A stretch of 64,000 bases of DNA from an uncultured SAR86 cluster bacterium (GCA_902525735.1 CABZIF010000001.1:258813-322812); one strand, 5' to 3'. Positions 42,803-54,130 are shown, numbered from the stretch's first letter. Numbers and translations are program-made. The notes: a model not told the origin generated them from the sequence alone.

Positions 42803-43720
42803 ATGAATTTATGTTTAATCGATATCGGCGGAACTAATATTCGTTATTCTTTTTTTTGTAATAATAAAAAGCTTTCTATTAAAAAAAAAGAGATATCTTC
42901 TTCTAAATCTTTTTATCAAATATTAAATGAAATACTCAAGGAAAAAGAAACAATCATTACCGATTTAGTTATTTCAGCAGCTGGTCCTAAATTTAACAAC
43001 ATCATTACGATGACAAATCAAAAGTTTGTAATTGATGCTAAAAAAATAAAAAAGAAATTTAATCTACAAAATTGTTTTGTGCTCAATGATCTAGAAGCAG
43101 CAGGGTATTATTTAAATAAAATCAAATCAAATAATAAAAAAATTATTAAAAGAGGATATAAGTTTAATAATAATCAGATTTTAGTATGTCCTGGAACAGG
43201 TTTAGGACTTAGCCTAATAATAAATAATCAAAAAATTCTGTCTTCTGAGATTGGCAATTCAAAGTTTTTAAAGTCGGAGTTTTTGAAGATAGACAAAAGA
43301 TTATCAAAATTTAAATTTTCTAAAATAGAAGATTTCCTATCAGGACCTGGAATATCGAACTTGTATGAAGTTATTAATCAAAAAAAATTATCAACATCAG
43401 AAATATTTTTTCAACTTTCAAATAATAATAAAAAGGCTTTGTATGTTGTGAACATTTTTCTACAAATGTTCACAAAATTTTTAGCAGAAATATCTCTTAC
43501 GTTTCTTCCTGGAAACGGAATTTTTTTATCAGGCAGTTTAATCAGAGAATTAGAGACTTATATTGATAAAAAAAAATTCAAGGACGATTTTTTAAAACAA
43601 GTTAATCAATCTCATAGAAAGCTTTTAAATTCGATAAGCATAAATGTGATTATTAAAGAGCACTTATCAATTTTTGGATGTAAAGAATTTTTTAATTTAA
43701 TTCAGAAAGATTTAAGCTAA
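42803..43720 (+). CDS. glk: Glucokinase
   Basis: 305 aa. 'LIDIGGTNIRYS' ATP-binding N-terminus and 'CPGTGLG'. It lies directly downstream of the TonB-dependent receptor. Confidence 0.72.
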   Translation: MNLCLIDIGGTNIRYSFFCNNKKLSIKKKEISSSKSFYQILNEILKEKETIITDLVISAAGPKFNNIITMTNQKFVIDAKKIKKKFNLQNCFVLNDLEAAGYYLNKIKSNNKKIIKRGYKFNNNQILVCPGTGLGLSLIINNQKILSSEIGNSKFLKSEFLKIDKRLSKFKFSKIEDFLSGPGISNLYEVINQKKLSTSEIFFQLSNNNKKALYVVNIFLQMFTKFLAEISLTFLPGNGIFLSGSLIRELETYIDKKKFKDDFLKQVNQSHRKLLNSISINVIIKEHLSIFGCKEFFNLIQKDLS

Positions 43721-45104
43721 GAACATCTCCTGGATAGATTAAGCTTGCATCTTCAATTTCATTCCATTTTAAAATCCAATCTTTATCTATTCCAAACTTG
43801 ATTGCTATTTTGCTTATTGTGTCTCCAGTTTTTACTGGGTAGGAAACATCATTAAAATTAGCTTTTACTATTTTTTTTGGCTTAAGATATTTCGGATATA
43901 TTAATATTTTTGTCCCAGTTATAAGAAAGTTAGAAGGATTTAAACCGTTCCATATCGACAAGTCTCTTATCGTCACATTAAATTTTTTGGCAATAGACCA
44001 AAGATTATCTCCTGACTTAACGTAATAAATATCAGGTCTGTTTAAATAATCTTTTATCCAGCTTGGACCTCGAGGCACAAATAGCTCTTCATTCTCATAG
44101 ATTAGATCATCATCTAATCCATTTATCTCTTTTAAGAGTTCATAATCAATCATGTAAGATTCTGAAATAGATGAAAGGGTATCCCCTGATTGCACAAGGT
44201 ATTTGTCCCATTGAACTAATTCTGAAGGGTCGATATCTTTTAAAACTATTTGAAATCTATCAGCAATTCCTACTGGTAGTAATATTCTAAAAGGTCCACT
44301 TGGATCGGTAGCCCATTGATTGAAACCAGGATTAAGCTCATAAATTACTTCTAACTTTAAACCTGATAAATTTGCAATTTGCATCAAATCAACTTGAGAT
44401 GGCAATTTAACAATTCTGAAGTATGGCCTATTGGCTAAGTAGGGCAATTCAATATTAGATAACTTTGGATTTCTTATTACTTCTGATAGAGCTAAAATTT
44501 TAGGAACATAAGCTTTAGTTTCTTTTGGTAGATTGAGCGACCAAAAATCAGTAGGAAGTCCTTTTGCTTTATTTTTTTTAATCTCTTTCCTGACCCTTGA
44601 AGGGCCAGCATTGTAAGCTGCAATTGCTATCAACCAATCATCATGTTCTTGATGTAACTTTACTAAAAAATTATATGCAGCATCTGTAGATGCCACAATA
44701 TCTCTTCTAGCGTCGTACCACCAATTTTTTTTAAGCCCGTTTTCTATAGCAGTCGATGGAATGAATTGCCATATTCCAGAAGCTCCAGTAGAGGATTGCG
44801 CATAAGGATCAAATTGACTTTCTATGAATGGAATTAAACTTAATTCAACTGGAAGACCTCTTTTTAAAGCCTCTGATACCGTATAAAAAAGATACCTCTG
44901 ACCATTTTTTGACAAACGATTTATTAAATATTGATGAGAATCATATTTTTTAAGAGCTTCAATAATTTGAGGTTTGGTATTGTCATAATTTAAATTGCTA
45001 TTTGCTCTTATTTCTTCCCAAAGACTTTGTCCATTTCTTCCATTTTGTGAAGAAATATTTAAAGAAATCATAAGAACAAAGAAAGGTATTAATAATTTTT
45101 TCAT
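43692..45104 (-). CDS. mltD: Membrane-bound lytic murein transglycosylase D (SLT domain + LysM repeats)
   Basis: 470 aa. SLT motif 'ESQFDPYAQSSTGASGIWQFIPSTA', three LysM-like repeats ('YLVQSGDTLSSIS', 'YYVKSGDNLWSIA', 'YPVKTGDTISKIA'). It is adjacent to gloB, as in E. coli. Confidence 0.85.
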   Translation of the reverse strand: MKKLLIPFFVLMISLNISSQNGRNGQSLWEEIRANSNLNYDNTKPQIIEALKKYDSHQYLINRLSKNGQRYLFYTVSEALKRGLPVELSLIPFIESQFDPYAQSSTGASGIWQFIPSTAIENGLKKNWWYDARRDIVASTDAAYNFLVKLHQEHDDWLIAIAAYNAGPSRVRKEIKKNKAKGLPTDFWSLNLPKETKAYVPKILALSEVIRNPKLSNIELPYLANRPYFRIVKLPSQVDLMQIANLSGLKLEVIYELNPGFNQWATDPSGPFRILLPVGIADRFQIVLKDIDPSELVQWDKYLVQSGDTLSSISESYMIDYELLKEINGLDDDLIYENEELFVPRGPSWIKDYLNRPDIYYVKSGDNLWSIAKKFNVTIRDLSIWNGLNPSNFLITGTKILIYPKYLKPKKIVKANFNDVSYPVKTGDTISKIAIKFGIDKDWILKWNEIEDASLIYPGDVLSLNLSELN

Positions 45105-45107
45105 TAT

Positions 45108-45893
45108 TCAAAAAGAATCTTTCATTGATCTTACAGCAGCCAAGCTTTCAATAGGGTTTGATATTTTTTTGTTAATAAACTTTTCTGATTTATGAAGAAT
45201 TTCTGGATTATCTAATAAGAAAAAGGGATTAATTTTTTTTTCTAAGCCAATGTTTGAAGGCAAAGTTATTTCAGACTTAGACCTAAGCTTGGTAACTTTT
45301 TTTGAATAGTCGATCAGATCGACGTTATTAGGATTAATCTCTAAAGCAAATTTTAAATTACTTTCTGTATATTCATGCGCACAAAATACCAACGTTTCAT
45401 CCGGAAGCATTTTAAATTTATTTAAAGAGTCGTACATATTGTCTGGTGTACCTTCAAATAATCTTCCACAACCCCCCGAAAACAAAGTATCACCGCAAAA
45501 TAATAAAGAATCTTCTGAATCTGAATGAAAATATGCTATGTGATCCAGAGTATGCCCTGGAGTTTCAAAAATTTTAAAATTGAGATCAAGTACATTTATC
45601 TCATCATTTTCTGCGAGATCATGAGTAATTCCGTCAATATGACCGCCTTTTGGCCCATAGACAGAACAATCATAATATTTCGCTAAACTTACAAGCCCAC
45701 CCGTATGATCAAAATGATGATGAGTAATTAAGATACTATCTAATTCAAGATCGTTATTATTCAAAAAACTAAAAACAGGATCAGAATCGCCAGGATCAAT
45801 CACAATACAAGAGTTTCCATATACAATTGCCCATATATAATTATCAGTAAATGCAGGAATTGGATGAACTTTCAGCATAGATAATTTTAACAT
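45108..45893 (-). CDS. gloB: Hydroxyacylglutathione hydrolase (glyoxalase II)
   Basis: 261 aa. Motifs 'IPAFTDNYIW' and 'THHHFDHTGG'. The start could be the second Met (MLKVHPIP). Confidence 0.9.
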   Translation of the reverse strand: MLKLSMLKVHPIPAFTDNYIWAIVYGNSCIVIDPGDSDPVFSFLNNNDLELDSILITHHHFDHTGGLVSLAKYYDCSVYGPKGGHIDGITHDLAENDEINVLDLNFKIFETPGHTLDHIAYFHSDSEDSLLFCGDTLFSGGCGRLFEGTPDNMYDSLNKFKMLPDETLVFCAHEYTESNLKFALEINPNNVDLIDYSKKVTKLRSKSEITLPSNIGLEKKINPFFLLDNPEILHKSEKFINKKISNPIESLAAVRSMKDSF

Positions 45894-45924
45894 TTGAGGT
45901 TCTTAAAGATAAGTTTTTTAATTT

Positions 45925-46356
45925 ATGGAAAGGATAAAAATATATACAGACGGAGCATGCAGAGGTAATCCTGGAAGAGGAGGATGGGGAGTTTTTATTA
46001 TAAATGGCCAAGAAAGTAAAAAAATATTTGGAGGAAAAATAGAAACAACTAATAATGAAATGGAACTCACGGCTGCAATTAAAGGCTTAGAGTCTTTCAA
46101 TTCACCTACAAAATTGGATCTATATACAGATTCAAAATATGTTATGGATGGAATCAACGATTGGATTCATAATTGGAAAAAAAATGGATGGAAAACTGCT
46201 AATAAAAAACCTGTAAAACGATCTAACTTGTGGATGGAATTAGATAAATTAAATAGCCTTCATGATGTTAAATGGTATTGGGTAAAAGGGCATAGTGGTG
46301 ATATAGGAAATGAAATGGCTGATGAATTAGCCAATCAAGGTATTGATTCTTTATAA
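45925..46356 (+). CDS. rnhA: Ribonuclease HI
   Basis: 143 aa. Motifs 'IYTDGACRGNPGRGGWG', 'TNNEMELTA' and 'VKGHSG'. Confidence 0.95.
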   Translation: MERIKIYTDGACRGNPGRGGWGVFIINGQESKKIFGGKIETTNNEMELTAAIKGLESFNSPTKLDLYTDSKYVMDGINDWIHNWKKNGWKTANKKPVKRSNLWMELDKLNSLHDVKWYWVKGHSGDIGNEMADELANQGIDSL

Positions 46357-46358
46357 AA

Positions 46359-47033
46359 ATGAGACAGGTAATTTTAGATACAGAAACAACAGGATTAGAC
46401 CTTCAATCAGGGAATAGAATAATAGAAATTGGTTGCGTTGAAATCATTGACAGAAAATTTACCGGAAGAGAATTCCATACTTTTCTAAATCCTGAACGGG
46501 CTGTGGAACCAGGTGCTTTTAAAGTGCATGGGCGTTCAAATGATTTTCTCTCTGACAAACCAATCTTTAAAGATATTTACGAGGATTTTCTTTCCTTTAT
46601 CAAAGGCGCAGAGTTGCTTATTCACAACGCAGATTTTGATATTAGTTTTTTAAACAATGAACTTAAATTATCAAATCTAGAGATTACGCTTGAAGATTAT
46701 GCTTTTAACGTTGTTGATACGCTGAGTATGGCTAGACAATTACATCCTGGCCAACGAAATAGCTTAGATGTTCTAACTGACAGATATAATATCAAAGGCT
46801 ACGATCGAAGCTATCATGGAGCTCTCCTAGATTCAAAAATACTAGGAGAAGTTTATTTATCTATGACTGGTGGTCAGACAAAACTGGATTTCAATGAAGC
46901 CATAGAAAAAAAAGAATTATCTTTAAAAGAAAATTTTATTAATAATTCAGTTTCACTTGCAAAAGTTTCGGTTTCAGCCGAAGAAGAAAAAAATCATCAA
47001 GAATATTTAGATAAAATAAAAATAGAAAATTGA
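46359..47033 (+). CDS. dnaQ: DNA polymerase III epsilon subunit (proofreading exonuclease)
   Basis: 224 aa. Exo motifs 'ILDTETTGL', 'HNADFDISFL' and 'HGALLDSKILGEVY'. Confidence 0.93.
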   Translation: MRQVILDTETTGLDLQSGNRIIEIGCVEIIDRKFTGREFHTFLNPERAVEPGAFKVHGRSNDFLSDKPIFKDIYEDFLSFIKGAELLIHNADFDISFLNNELKLSNLEITLEDYAFNVVDTLSMARQLHPGQRNSLDVLTDRYNIKGYDRSYHGALLDSKILGEVYLSMTGGQTKLDFNEAIEKKELSLKENFINNSVSLAKVSVSAEEEKNHQEYLDKIKIEN

Positions 47034-48406
47034 AACAAGAAATAACAAGGTTTGCACCAAGCCCAACCGGACACTTACATTTGGGTGGCGCAAGAACAGC
47101 TTTATTTTCATGGTTATTTGCTAAAAAAAATAAAGGCAAATTTTTATTAAGATTTGAGGACACTGATAAAGAAAGGTCTAAAAAAGAATATGAACAATCA
47201 ATTATTTCTAGTTTGGCTTGGCTTGGTATAAAGCCTGATGAAAATCCTATTTTTCAAAGTAAGAATATTGAATTACATCGCACAACAGCGCTAAGCCTTC
47301 TCGAATCAGGAAATGCTTATTCATGTGATTGTTCGCCCGAGCAATTAAACGAGATGAGAAAAAAGCAAATAGAACAAAAAATGCAACCAAGATACGATGG
47401 TCTCAACAGAGATAAAAATCTTCCGCATAAAGATGGAAATGTCATTAGATTTAAAATGCCTATTCAAGGAAAAACTTCCTTTCAAGATAAAATTTTAGGA
47501 ACTATTTCTGTTAATAATAAAGAATTAGATGACTTTATTATTCTTAGAGGAGATGGAAGTCCAACTTATAATTTTTCTGCGGCAATCGATGATCAAGAAA
47601 TGAAAATAACAACTGTTATTAGAGGAGATGACCATATCACGAACACTCTGAAACAAATTAATATATTTAAATCTTTAGAACAGCCCATTCCAAATTATGC
47701 TCATTTACCTATGGTGTTATCAAATACAGGAAAAAGACTTTCAAAAAGAGATGGAGCTGTAGATCTTTTGGAATATAAAAAATTAGGATATTTAAAGGAA
47801 GCCTTAATAAATTATTTAGTTAAATTAGGTTGGACATATTCAAATCAAGAAATTTTTTCTAAAGAAGAATTATTGAGCTTGTTTACATTGGAGGCAGTAA
47901 ATTCTTCACCCGCAAAATTTTCTGAAGAATTAATAACTTTTTACAACAATCACTATATCAATTCAATACAAGTAGAGGATCTTTATCAGTTGATTATTAA
48001 AGAGTGCGACGTTCCTTATGAAATTGACTCTAATATTCACTACTTAGAAATCTTGAATCTTATAAGAGAAGGCTCCAAAACTTTATTAGATCTAATTAAT
48101 CAAATGCAGTTTTTTTACGAAGTTCCACAATACGAAGAAAGACATAAAGAATCTGTTCAGGCAAACATTGAAGTAATTTCTGTCTTTAAAGAAAACATTA
48201 ATGCGCTCGATTTTAGTGATTTAAAAATTTTGGAAAATAATCTAAAAGAATTTTTATCTTCGAACGATTTAAAATTTCCTCAACTAGGCAAACCCTTAAG
48301 ATTAATTTTAGCTGGAAGAGAAAATGCTCCATCTATTTCTCAATTATTATTTTTCTTAGGCTATGAAGAATCGTTAAACAGAATTAACTTATTTCTAACC
48401 AAATAA
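47030..48406 (+). CDS. gltX: Glutamate--tRNA ligase
   Basis: 458 aa with a TTG start. Motifs '[18 protein letters not shown]' (HIGH) and 'RLSKRDG' (KMSKS). Confidence 0.93.
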   Translation: MKQEITRFAPSPTGHLHLGGARTALFSWLFAKKNKGKFLLRFEDTDKERSKKEYEQSIISSLAWLGIKPDENPIFQSKNIELHRTTALSLLESGNAYSCDCSPEQLNEMRKKQIEQKMQPRYDGLNRDKNLPHKDGNVIRFKMPIQGKTSFQDKILGTISVNNKELDDFIILRGDGSPTYNFSAAIDDQEMKITTVIRGDDHITNTLKQINIFKSLEQPIPNYAHLPMVLSNTGKRLSKRDGAVDLLEYKKLGYLKEALINYLVKLGWTYSNQEIFSKEELLSLFTLEAVNSSPAKFSEELITFYNNHYINSIQVEDLYQLIIKECDVPYEIDSNIHYLEILNLIREGSKTLLDLINQMQFFYEVPQYEERHKESVQANIEVISVFKENINALDFSDLKILENNLKEFLSSNDLKFPQLGKPLRLILAGRENAPSISQLLFFLGYEESLNRINLFLTK

Positions 48407-48419
48407 CGGTAAACTACCT

Positions 48420-48605
48420 TTGATGATTGATAAAAAACTTTTAGATATTTTGGTCTGTCCTGTTTCAAAAGACAATCTCATTCAGATTGGCGACGAGCTG
48501 ATCTCCAAGAAAGGAATGCTAGCCTTTCCTGTAAGAGACGGTATACCAGTCATGCTTGAAAACGAAGCAAGAAAACTTAAACCCGAAGATATTAAAGATC
48601 TCTAG
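48420..48605 (+). CDS. Trm112/YcaR-family small protein
   Basis: About 60 aa. '[14 protein letters not shown]...[11 protein letters not shown]'. The start is probably the ATG at 48423. Confidence 0.8.
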   Translation: MMIDKKLLDILVCPVSKDNLIQIGDELISKKGMLAFPVRDGIPVMLENEARKLKPEDIKDL

Positions 48606-49894
48606 TCTTCTGTTTGCGCTAAATCTCTCTTTCCTTGAGCACTCGCCATACTTGCATGATTTAGAATATTCCTTCCCATAGAAGAAGACTGCTTTAAAGA
48701 AAATTCTCTATATATTTTAGCTCTAGCGTGATGCATTTGATCGTTATTATTATCTGCATGAAAAGCAGTTTCGATTAATTGAGCTGCAACTTTTGTATTG
48801 CCTTTATCAAGGTATTCCAAAGCTTTTAAAATAATATTATCTATACCGCTTGAAAGCTCGACCCAAGCCAAAGCTTCTTCTTTTCTGGGGGCTGGAAGAA
48901 GTCTATCGTATTCCCCATCCCACCATCCTCCGTATCTTCTCCAAATCATTCTTATTAAAAACTGAGGGTCATCGTAGATTGGCGTTAACCAAGGTAACTC
49001 CATTAAATCATTTGGAATCTCAACTTCATGTAAAACCTGATTGAGACTTTTGCCTTGATTCATAAGTTTTAAAGTTTGATCTTCAATAGTTCTTAGAAAT
49101 TTTGAGGTTGTTTCTAAAGCTTTTTTAATTCTTTTTTTACCTAGAATAGGAAAACCATGACCAGGTAAAAAAATCTCACAGTCTAATTTCAGCATCTCAT
49201 CTAGGGCATCTGCCCAATCAGAAATATATCTTTGTACTTTTTGTGGATTTCCTCCATTCGGCACAGCCCAAATAAAAAGATCACCTGGTGCAATTAACTT
49301 TTCTTCTGGAACATGTATCCATGTGTGGTCATCTGTTTCTCCTCGAGCATGATAAAGATTGAATGTTAAATCTCCACATTTAAAAGATATATTATGTTTG
49401 TAAGTTACATCTGGAAATCTATATTCGGTGGGCCATTTAAAATGTTCAACATCAATTGCAAATTGACGCCTATTGATGGCAGTATTCCAATCATTAGTTT
49501 TAATATATCTATTAAAATGATCAGGCATTAATTCATGACCATAAACAATTGGTTTTGAGATACCCATTTTTTTATTTTCTTCATCAAAGTGTTTTACCGC
49601 AAATATATGATCAACATGATGATGAGTAAAAATAGCTGCCTTTACCGAAGTATCTGGACGCCACTTTTTAATTTCAGCATAAGTTGTCTCTATATCAAGT
49701 TGACTACCTGCATCAATCATTACTAAACCATCTCCAGTATCTAAAGTGTAATGACCAGCTATACCTTTTATACCTAGGATATTATTTTTAATTTCGGTCG
49801 AGCCAGAATAAAACATGTGGACAGGATGATGTTCAAATTGAAGATCAATTTCGCCATTCCAAGCCAATTCTGCAAGTTCAAGTAAATCTTTCAT
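48602..49894 (-). CDS. MBL-fold hydrolase, alkyl/aryl-sulfatase-like (no SCP2 tail)
   Basis: 430 aa. Metallo-beta-lactamase motif '[10 protein letters not shown]', followed by a helical region resembling the alkyl-sulfatase dimerisation domain. Confidence 0.7.
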   Translation of the reverse strand: MKDLLELAELAWNGEIDLQFEHHPVHMFYSGSTEIKNNILGIKGIAGHYTLDTGDGLVMIDAGSQLDIETTYAEIKKWRPDTSVKAAIFTHHHVDHIFAVKHFDEENKKMGISKPIVYGHELMPDHFNRYIKTNDWNTAINRRQFAIDVEHFKWPTEYRFPDVTYKHNISFKCGDLTFNLYHARGETDDHTWIHVPEEKLIAPGDLFIWAVPNGGNPQKVQRYISDWADALDEMLKLDCEIFLPGHGFPILGKKRIKKALETTSKFLRTIEDQTLKLMNQGKSLNQVLHEVEIPNDLMELPWLTPIYDDPQFLIRMIWRRYGGWWDGEYDRLLPAPRKEEALAWVELSSGIDNIILKALEYLDKGNTKVAAQLIETAFHADNNNDQMHHARAKIYREFSLKQSSSMGRNILNHASMASAQGKRDLAQTED

Positions 49895-49964
49895 TTCTTC
49901 TCCATTTCAATTCCTTTTAATTCTAATCCATATTTGATTAGAATGATTCTAGAGAGGGGGATAT

Positions 49965-51089
49965 ATGAGTACAATTAAACCTTTAGATGGAATAAAAGTT
50001 ATTGAAATTTCAACTATTATTACTGCGTCTTTATCAGCGATGATGCTTTCCGATCAAGGAGCTGAGGTAATAAAAATTGAACAAACTGGATTTGGAGATC
50101 CTTTAAGATACTTAGGCACTCAAAAAGGAGGGATTTCAGCTATCTTTGCGAATACAAACAGAGGGAAAAAATCTGTTGAGTTAGATTTAAAAACTGAATC
50201 TGATCTAGAACGAGCAAAAAAATTGATTAGTGAGGCCGACGTACTTATTAATAATTTTAGACCTGGCGTTATGGATTCGCTTGGACTTGGAAAAGACGAT
50301 TGTAAAACCTTAAATAAAAATTTAATTTATGTGGCAATAACAGGTTTTGGTAAAGAGGGTCTTTATGCCAATGCACCAGCTTATGATCACGTAGTTCAGG
50401 CAATGTCAGGTTCAACTGCTATTCAAGCTGACGAAGATAAACCTAAATATATAAAAACTTTATTATGCGATAAAATCACTGCCTATACCGCTACTCAGTC
50501 TATATGTTCAGCTTTGTTGAAAAGAGAAAGAACTGGTGAGGCGGCATGTATTGATCTTTCAATGCTTGATTCAGCAATGTTTTTCTTTTGGCCAGACGGC
50601 ATGATGAATCAAACCCTTCTGGACGAAGATGTAGAAATATTGGCACCTTTGACGTCAAGTTACACTATGTACGAATGCAAGGACGGCGCAATATCTATTG
50701 CAGCTTTATTGGATAAACATTGGCATGGTATTTTTAGAGCAATAGATAAACCTGAACTTGTTGAAGATTCAAAATTTAGTAATACGGCTGAAAGAAGTAA
50801 AAATGTTCATGAGTTGTATGAATACCTTACTCTATTCAAAAACTATACAGTGGATGATATGTTTAAGAGATTATCTGAGAACGATGTGCCATGTTCAAAA
50901 AACTTAACTTTAGAAGAAGTTATTACCAATCCGCAAGTTACAGACAACAAACTTGTTAAGGAAAAAGAAACAACACATCAAGGCAAGCTGCGAATGATAA
51001 GATATCCTGCATTATTCGATGATGAAAAATACATTAACGATAAACCTGCGCCAAAACTTGGCGAAGATAATGAAATCTTATTAAAATAA
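49965..51089 (+). CDS. Family III CoA-transferase (CaiB/BaiF)
   Basis: 374 aa. 'IKVIEISTIITASLSAMMLSDQGAEVIKIE' and 'NNFRPGVMDSLGLG'. Confidence 0.85.
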   Translation: MSTIKPLDGIKVIEISTIITASLSAMMLSDQGAEVIKIEQTGFGDPLRYLGTQKGGISAIFANTNRGKKSVELDLKTESDLERAKKLISEADVLINNFRPGVMDSLGLGKDDCKTLNKNLIYVAITGFGKEGLYANAPAYDHVVQAMSGSTAIQADEDKPKYIKTLLCDKITAYTATQSICSALLKRERTGEAACIDLSMLDSAMFFFWPDGMMNQTLLDEDVEILAPLTSSYTMYECKDGAISIAALLDKHWHGIFRAIDKPELVEDSKFSNTAERSKNVHELYEYLTLFKNYTVDDMFKRLSENDVPCSKNLTLEEVITNPQVTDNKLVKEKETTHQGKLRMIRYPALFDDEKYINDKPAPKLGEDNEILLK

Positions 51090-51093
51090 AATT

Positions 51094-51924
51094 ATGAAAA
51101 TCAAAGTTCCAAATAATAAAGCTCAACTTGGCGTAGTAATAAGTGATCTAAATTTGAGTGGAGAGTTCTCAGATGATCTAATAGCAGAGATTAGAAAATC
51201 ATGGACTGACTATGGAGTTGCAATTTTTCCAGATCAAAAACTTACGCATGAAAATTTTGAAAAGTTTTCTTTGTTATTTGGTAATTTTGGTGATGATCCA
51301 TATTTAAAGTCTCTCGATGATAGACCCAATATTGTTGAAGTAAAAAGGGCAGCTAATGAAAAAGCTCCTCCTTTTGGGGGTTCTTGGCATTCTGATTGGT
51401 CCTTTCAAAAGACTCCTCCTTCTGCCACTTTACTGCATTCAAAAATAGTACCACCGCAAGGTGGAGACACATTGTTCGCAAATACCCAGTTAGCTTATGA
51501 AGAATTAGATCAAGAAACTAAGGATAAAATTGAAAATTTGGAAGTAATCCATAGTGCAGGCTTACCTTACGCAGACGATGGATTTTATGCAACAGAAAAA
51601 GTGGAGAGGGCAATGGATATATTGCCATCAAAAAAAGCGAAAGAAACCCAATTACATCCCCTAGTAAAAACTCATGCAGAAACAAAGAGAAAATGTCTAT
51701 TTATAAACCCAGTTTATACAGTAGCCATTAACAATTTCTCAGAAGAGGAATCCTTTTTATTATTATCTTCTCTTTATGAGCATATGACTCAAGAAAAATA
51801 TGTTTATCGCCATAAATGGTCAAAAGATATGCTTTTAATGTGGGATAACAGAACTGTTGTTCACGCTGCTGACGGAGGTTATGACGGTTATGAAAGGTTA
51901 ATGCACAGAATAACAGTTAATTAA
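51094..51924 (+). CDS. TauD/TfdA-family Fe(II)/2-oxoglutarate dioxygenase
   Basis: 276 aa. 'WHSDWSF' (HxD), 'GGDTLFAN' and 'WDNRTVVH'. Confidence 0.85.
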   Translation: MKIKVPNNKAQLGVVISDLNLSGEFSDDLIAEIRKSWTDYGVAIFPDQKLTHENFEKFSLLFGNFGDDPYLKSLDDRPNIVEVKRAANEKAPPFGGSWHSDWSFQKTPPSATLLHSKIVPPQGGDTLFANTQLAYEELDQETKDKIENLEVIHSAGLPYADDGFYATEKVERAMDILPSKKAKETQLHPLVKTHAETKRKCLFINPVYTVAINNFSEEESFLLLSSLYEHMTQEKYVYRHKWSKDMLLMWDNRTVVHAADGGYDGYERLMHRITVN

Positions 51925-52359
51925 CTACAATTCCGAAAGATATTTATCTAATCTATCTTTATTAGTTACAAAGGAGTTTTTCAGTTGATTGGCTTGAGCT
52001 CTAACTTTTTCCAAATTATTTGAATTGCCTACTTGAATCACTCCGATCATAGCCATCATTAAATGAGGCGTACACTGGTAAACATAAACACCTTCTGTAT
52101 TAAGTGTAACGCTTATATCCTGACTCATTGCACCCATCCAAGTGTCACCGCCTTCAGGAATCATATTGCCTATCGATTCAGAATTATGGGCCATATCGAC
52201 AGATTTAAAGTGAACAGTGTCACCCTTTGATATTTTTAGGACAGGAGGGTCAAAAACCATCACACCGCTTGGTCCTTGGTTTAGCATTCTTACTTCATAA
52301 TCAGCAGAAAAATAGAAGTTGGAAAAAATAAACAAAAATAAATAACTTAAAAATTTCAT
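51925..52359 (-). CDS. Pseudoazurin-type blue copper protein
   Basis: 144 aa with a signal peptide. Cu ligand context 'YVYQCTPHLMMAMIGVIQV' (C-x-P-H-x3-M) and an upstream His. Confidence 0.85.
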   Translation of the reverse strand: MKFLSYLFLFIFSNFYFSADYEVRMLNQGPSGVMVFDPPVLKISKGDTVHFKSVDMAHNSESIGNMIPEGGDTWMGAMSQDISVTLNTEGVYVYQCTPHLMMAMIGVIQVGNSNNLEKVRAQANQLKNSFVTNKDRLDKYLSEL

Positions 52360-52525
52360 TAAAGAATTTTACATTTTTAAAATACTCAAATCTTAAAAAA
52401 TGAATAAATTATCTTTAAAGTTCTATCCAAATAACAAACTTAAATGATCTACAAATAAAGAATTTATCATTTAAAAGAAAATATGATTGAATTACATAAA
52501 TTCATTAGCAAAAAGGAGAGTAAAT

Positions 52526-52933
52526 ATGAATTTCTTAAAAGTAGTAACATTAATTTTGGTAACTTTTTCAGTAAGTAGTGCTTTTTCACAAAATGTGGGA
52601 TCGACAACAGTTCCAGCAGAGGCTTGGTTTTGTGAAATTAAAGAAGGCTATACGATGGACGATATTAGAGAAGTTTCAAAAGGTGTAGAAGCGTTTTCAA
52701 AAAAAACAGGTATGAAGGGATCACAATTTATATTTACAACTTTTATGGGAGAAATGAATCCTAATGCTTTTGTTTTAATGACAGTTTGGCCAAATTTTGA
52801 AATGATGGGACAAGGTTTTCAAAATTTTTTCACCGAAGGAACAGGTGATGATACTTTTGCAAAGTGGAATGAGTCTACAAACTGCATGCAGAGAAATCTT
52901 TTAACGGTAGAAAATACTTGGACTATAGAATAA
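52526..52933 (+). CDS. Hypothetical secreted protein
   Basis: Start moved to 'MNFLKVVTLILVTFSVSSAFSQ', directly after the RBS AAAGGAG. No recognisable family. Confidence 0.6.
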   Translation: MNFLKVVTLILVTFSVSSAFSQNVGSTTVPAEAWFCEIKEGYTMDDIREVSKGVEAFSKKTGMKGSQFIFTTFMGEMNPNAFVLMTVWPNFEMMGQGFQNFFTEGTGDDTFAKWNESTNCMQRNLLTVENTWTIE

Positions 52934-52951
52934 TTTTAAAAGGAGAAAAAA

Positions 52952-54130
52952 ATGGGTAATGCTTATATTGTTGGAGCGGTAAGGACTCCGGGTGGAAAAA
53001 AAGATGGAAAGCTTAAAAACTGGCATCCTTCAGATTTGGGAGCTTTAGTTTTAGATGAGCTAGTCGAAAGAACTGGCGCGAAAGGAGAAATGATTGATGA
53101 TGTAATTTTTGGTTGTGTTAGTCAATCAGGAGCGCAAGCAGGCAATGTCGCTAGAAATGCTGTGTTAAGTTCAAAACTTCCAGAATCAGTGCCAGGAACT
53201 TCTGTGGATAGACAGTGTGGTTCTTCGCAACAAGCAATTCATTTTGCTGCCCAAGCTGTGATGTCTGAAACACAAGATATTGTTATTGCTGGTGGTGTAG
53301 AAGTTATGAGTCAAGTTCCTATTGGCTCTAATATTATTGATAGTTTTAAAGAAGGACATGGCCAGCCATTTAACGGCAAAGGCATGATGGAAAGATATCC
53401 TGGAGTGCAATTCAGTCAGTTCGCAGGTGCCGAGATGATGGCAAAAAGATGGAACTTCTCACGCGAAGATTTAGATGCTTTTGCATTTGCAAGTCATTCG
53501 AAAGCTATAAATGCAACCGAAGCTGGTTACTTTGATAAAGAGATAGTCCCAGTAGAAGGAGATTTGCCCTCTGGTGAAAAGGAAATGGTTTCTATAGATG
53601 AAGGTATTAGATTTGATGCTTCTTTAGAAAGTTTATCAGGACTTAAAACTTTATCCGATGATGGTGTTTTAACTGCAGGTAGTTCAAGTCAAATTTGTGA
53701 TGGTGCGGCAGCAATAATGATTGTCAATGATTCTGGTTTAGAGAAATTAGGACTTAAACCAAGAGCAAAAATTATTTCATTGGCGCTTGCTGGAGATGAC
53801 CCAGTTATTATGCTGACTGGTCCAATTCCAGCATCTAAGACTGTGTTAGAAAAAGCTGACCTTTCGATAAATGATATTGATATTTATGAAGTAAACGAAG
53901 CATTTGCGCCAGTACCTTTAGCTTGGGCGCATGAGCTTAAAGCTGATAAAGAAAAACTTAATGTCAATGGCGGAGCAATGGCTTTAGGACATCCATTAGG
54001 TGGCACAGGAGCCAAGTTAATGACTACTTTGTTACATGAGTTAGAAAGAAGAGAGGGTAAGTATGGTCTCCAAGCTATCTGTGAAGGTGGCGGAACAGCT
54101 AATGCAATGATTATAGAAAGATTGAATTAA
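52952..54130 (+). CDS. Acetyl-CoA C-acyltransferase (thiolase)
   Basis: 392 aa. Motifs 'VDRQCGSSQQAI' (Cys), 'NGGAMALGHPLGGTG' and 'CEGGGTANA'. Confidence 0.93.
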   Translation: MGNAYIVGAVRTPGGKKDGKLKNWHPSDLGALVLDELVERTGAKGEMIDDVIFGCVSQSGAQAGNVARNAVLSSKLPESVPGTSVDRQCGSSQQAIHFAAQAVMSETQDIVIAGGVEVMSQVPIGSNIIDSFKEGHGQPFNGKGMMERYPGVQFSQFAGAEMMAKRWNFSREDLDAFAFASHSKAINATEAGYFDKEIVPVEGDLPSGEKEMVSIDEGIRFDASLESLSGLKTLSDDGVLTAGSSSQICDGAAAIMIVNDSGLEKLGLKPRAKIISLALAGDDPVIMLTGPIPASKTVLEKADLSINDIDIYEVNEAFAPVPLAWAHELKADKEKLNVNGGAMALGHPLGGTGAKLMTTLLHELERREGKYGLQAICEGGGTANAMIIERLN

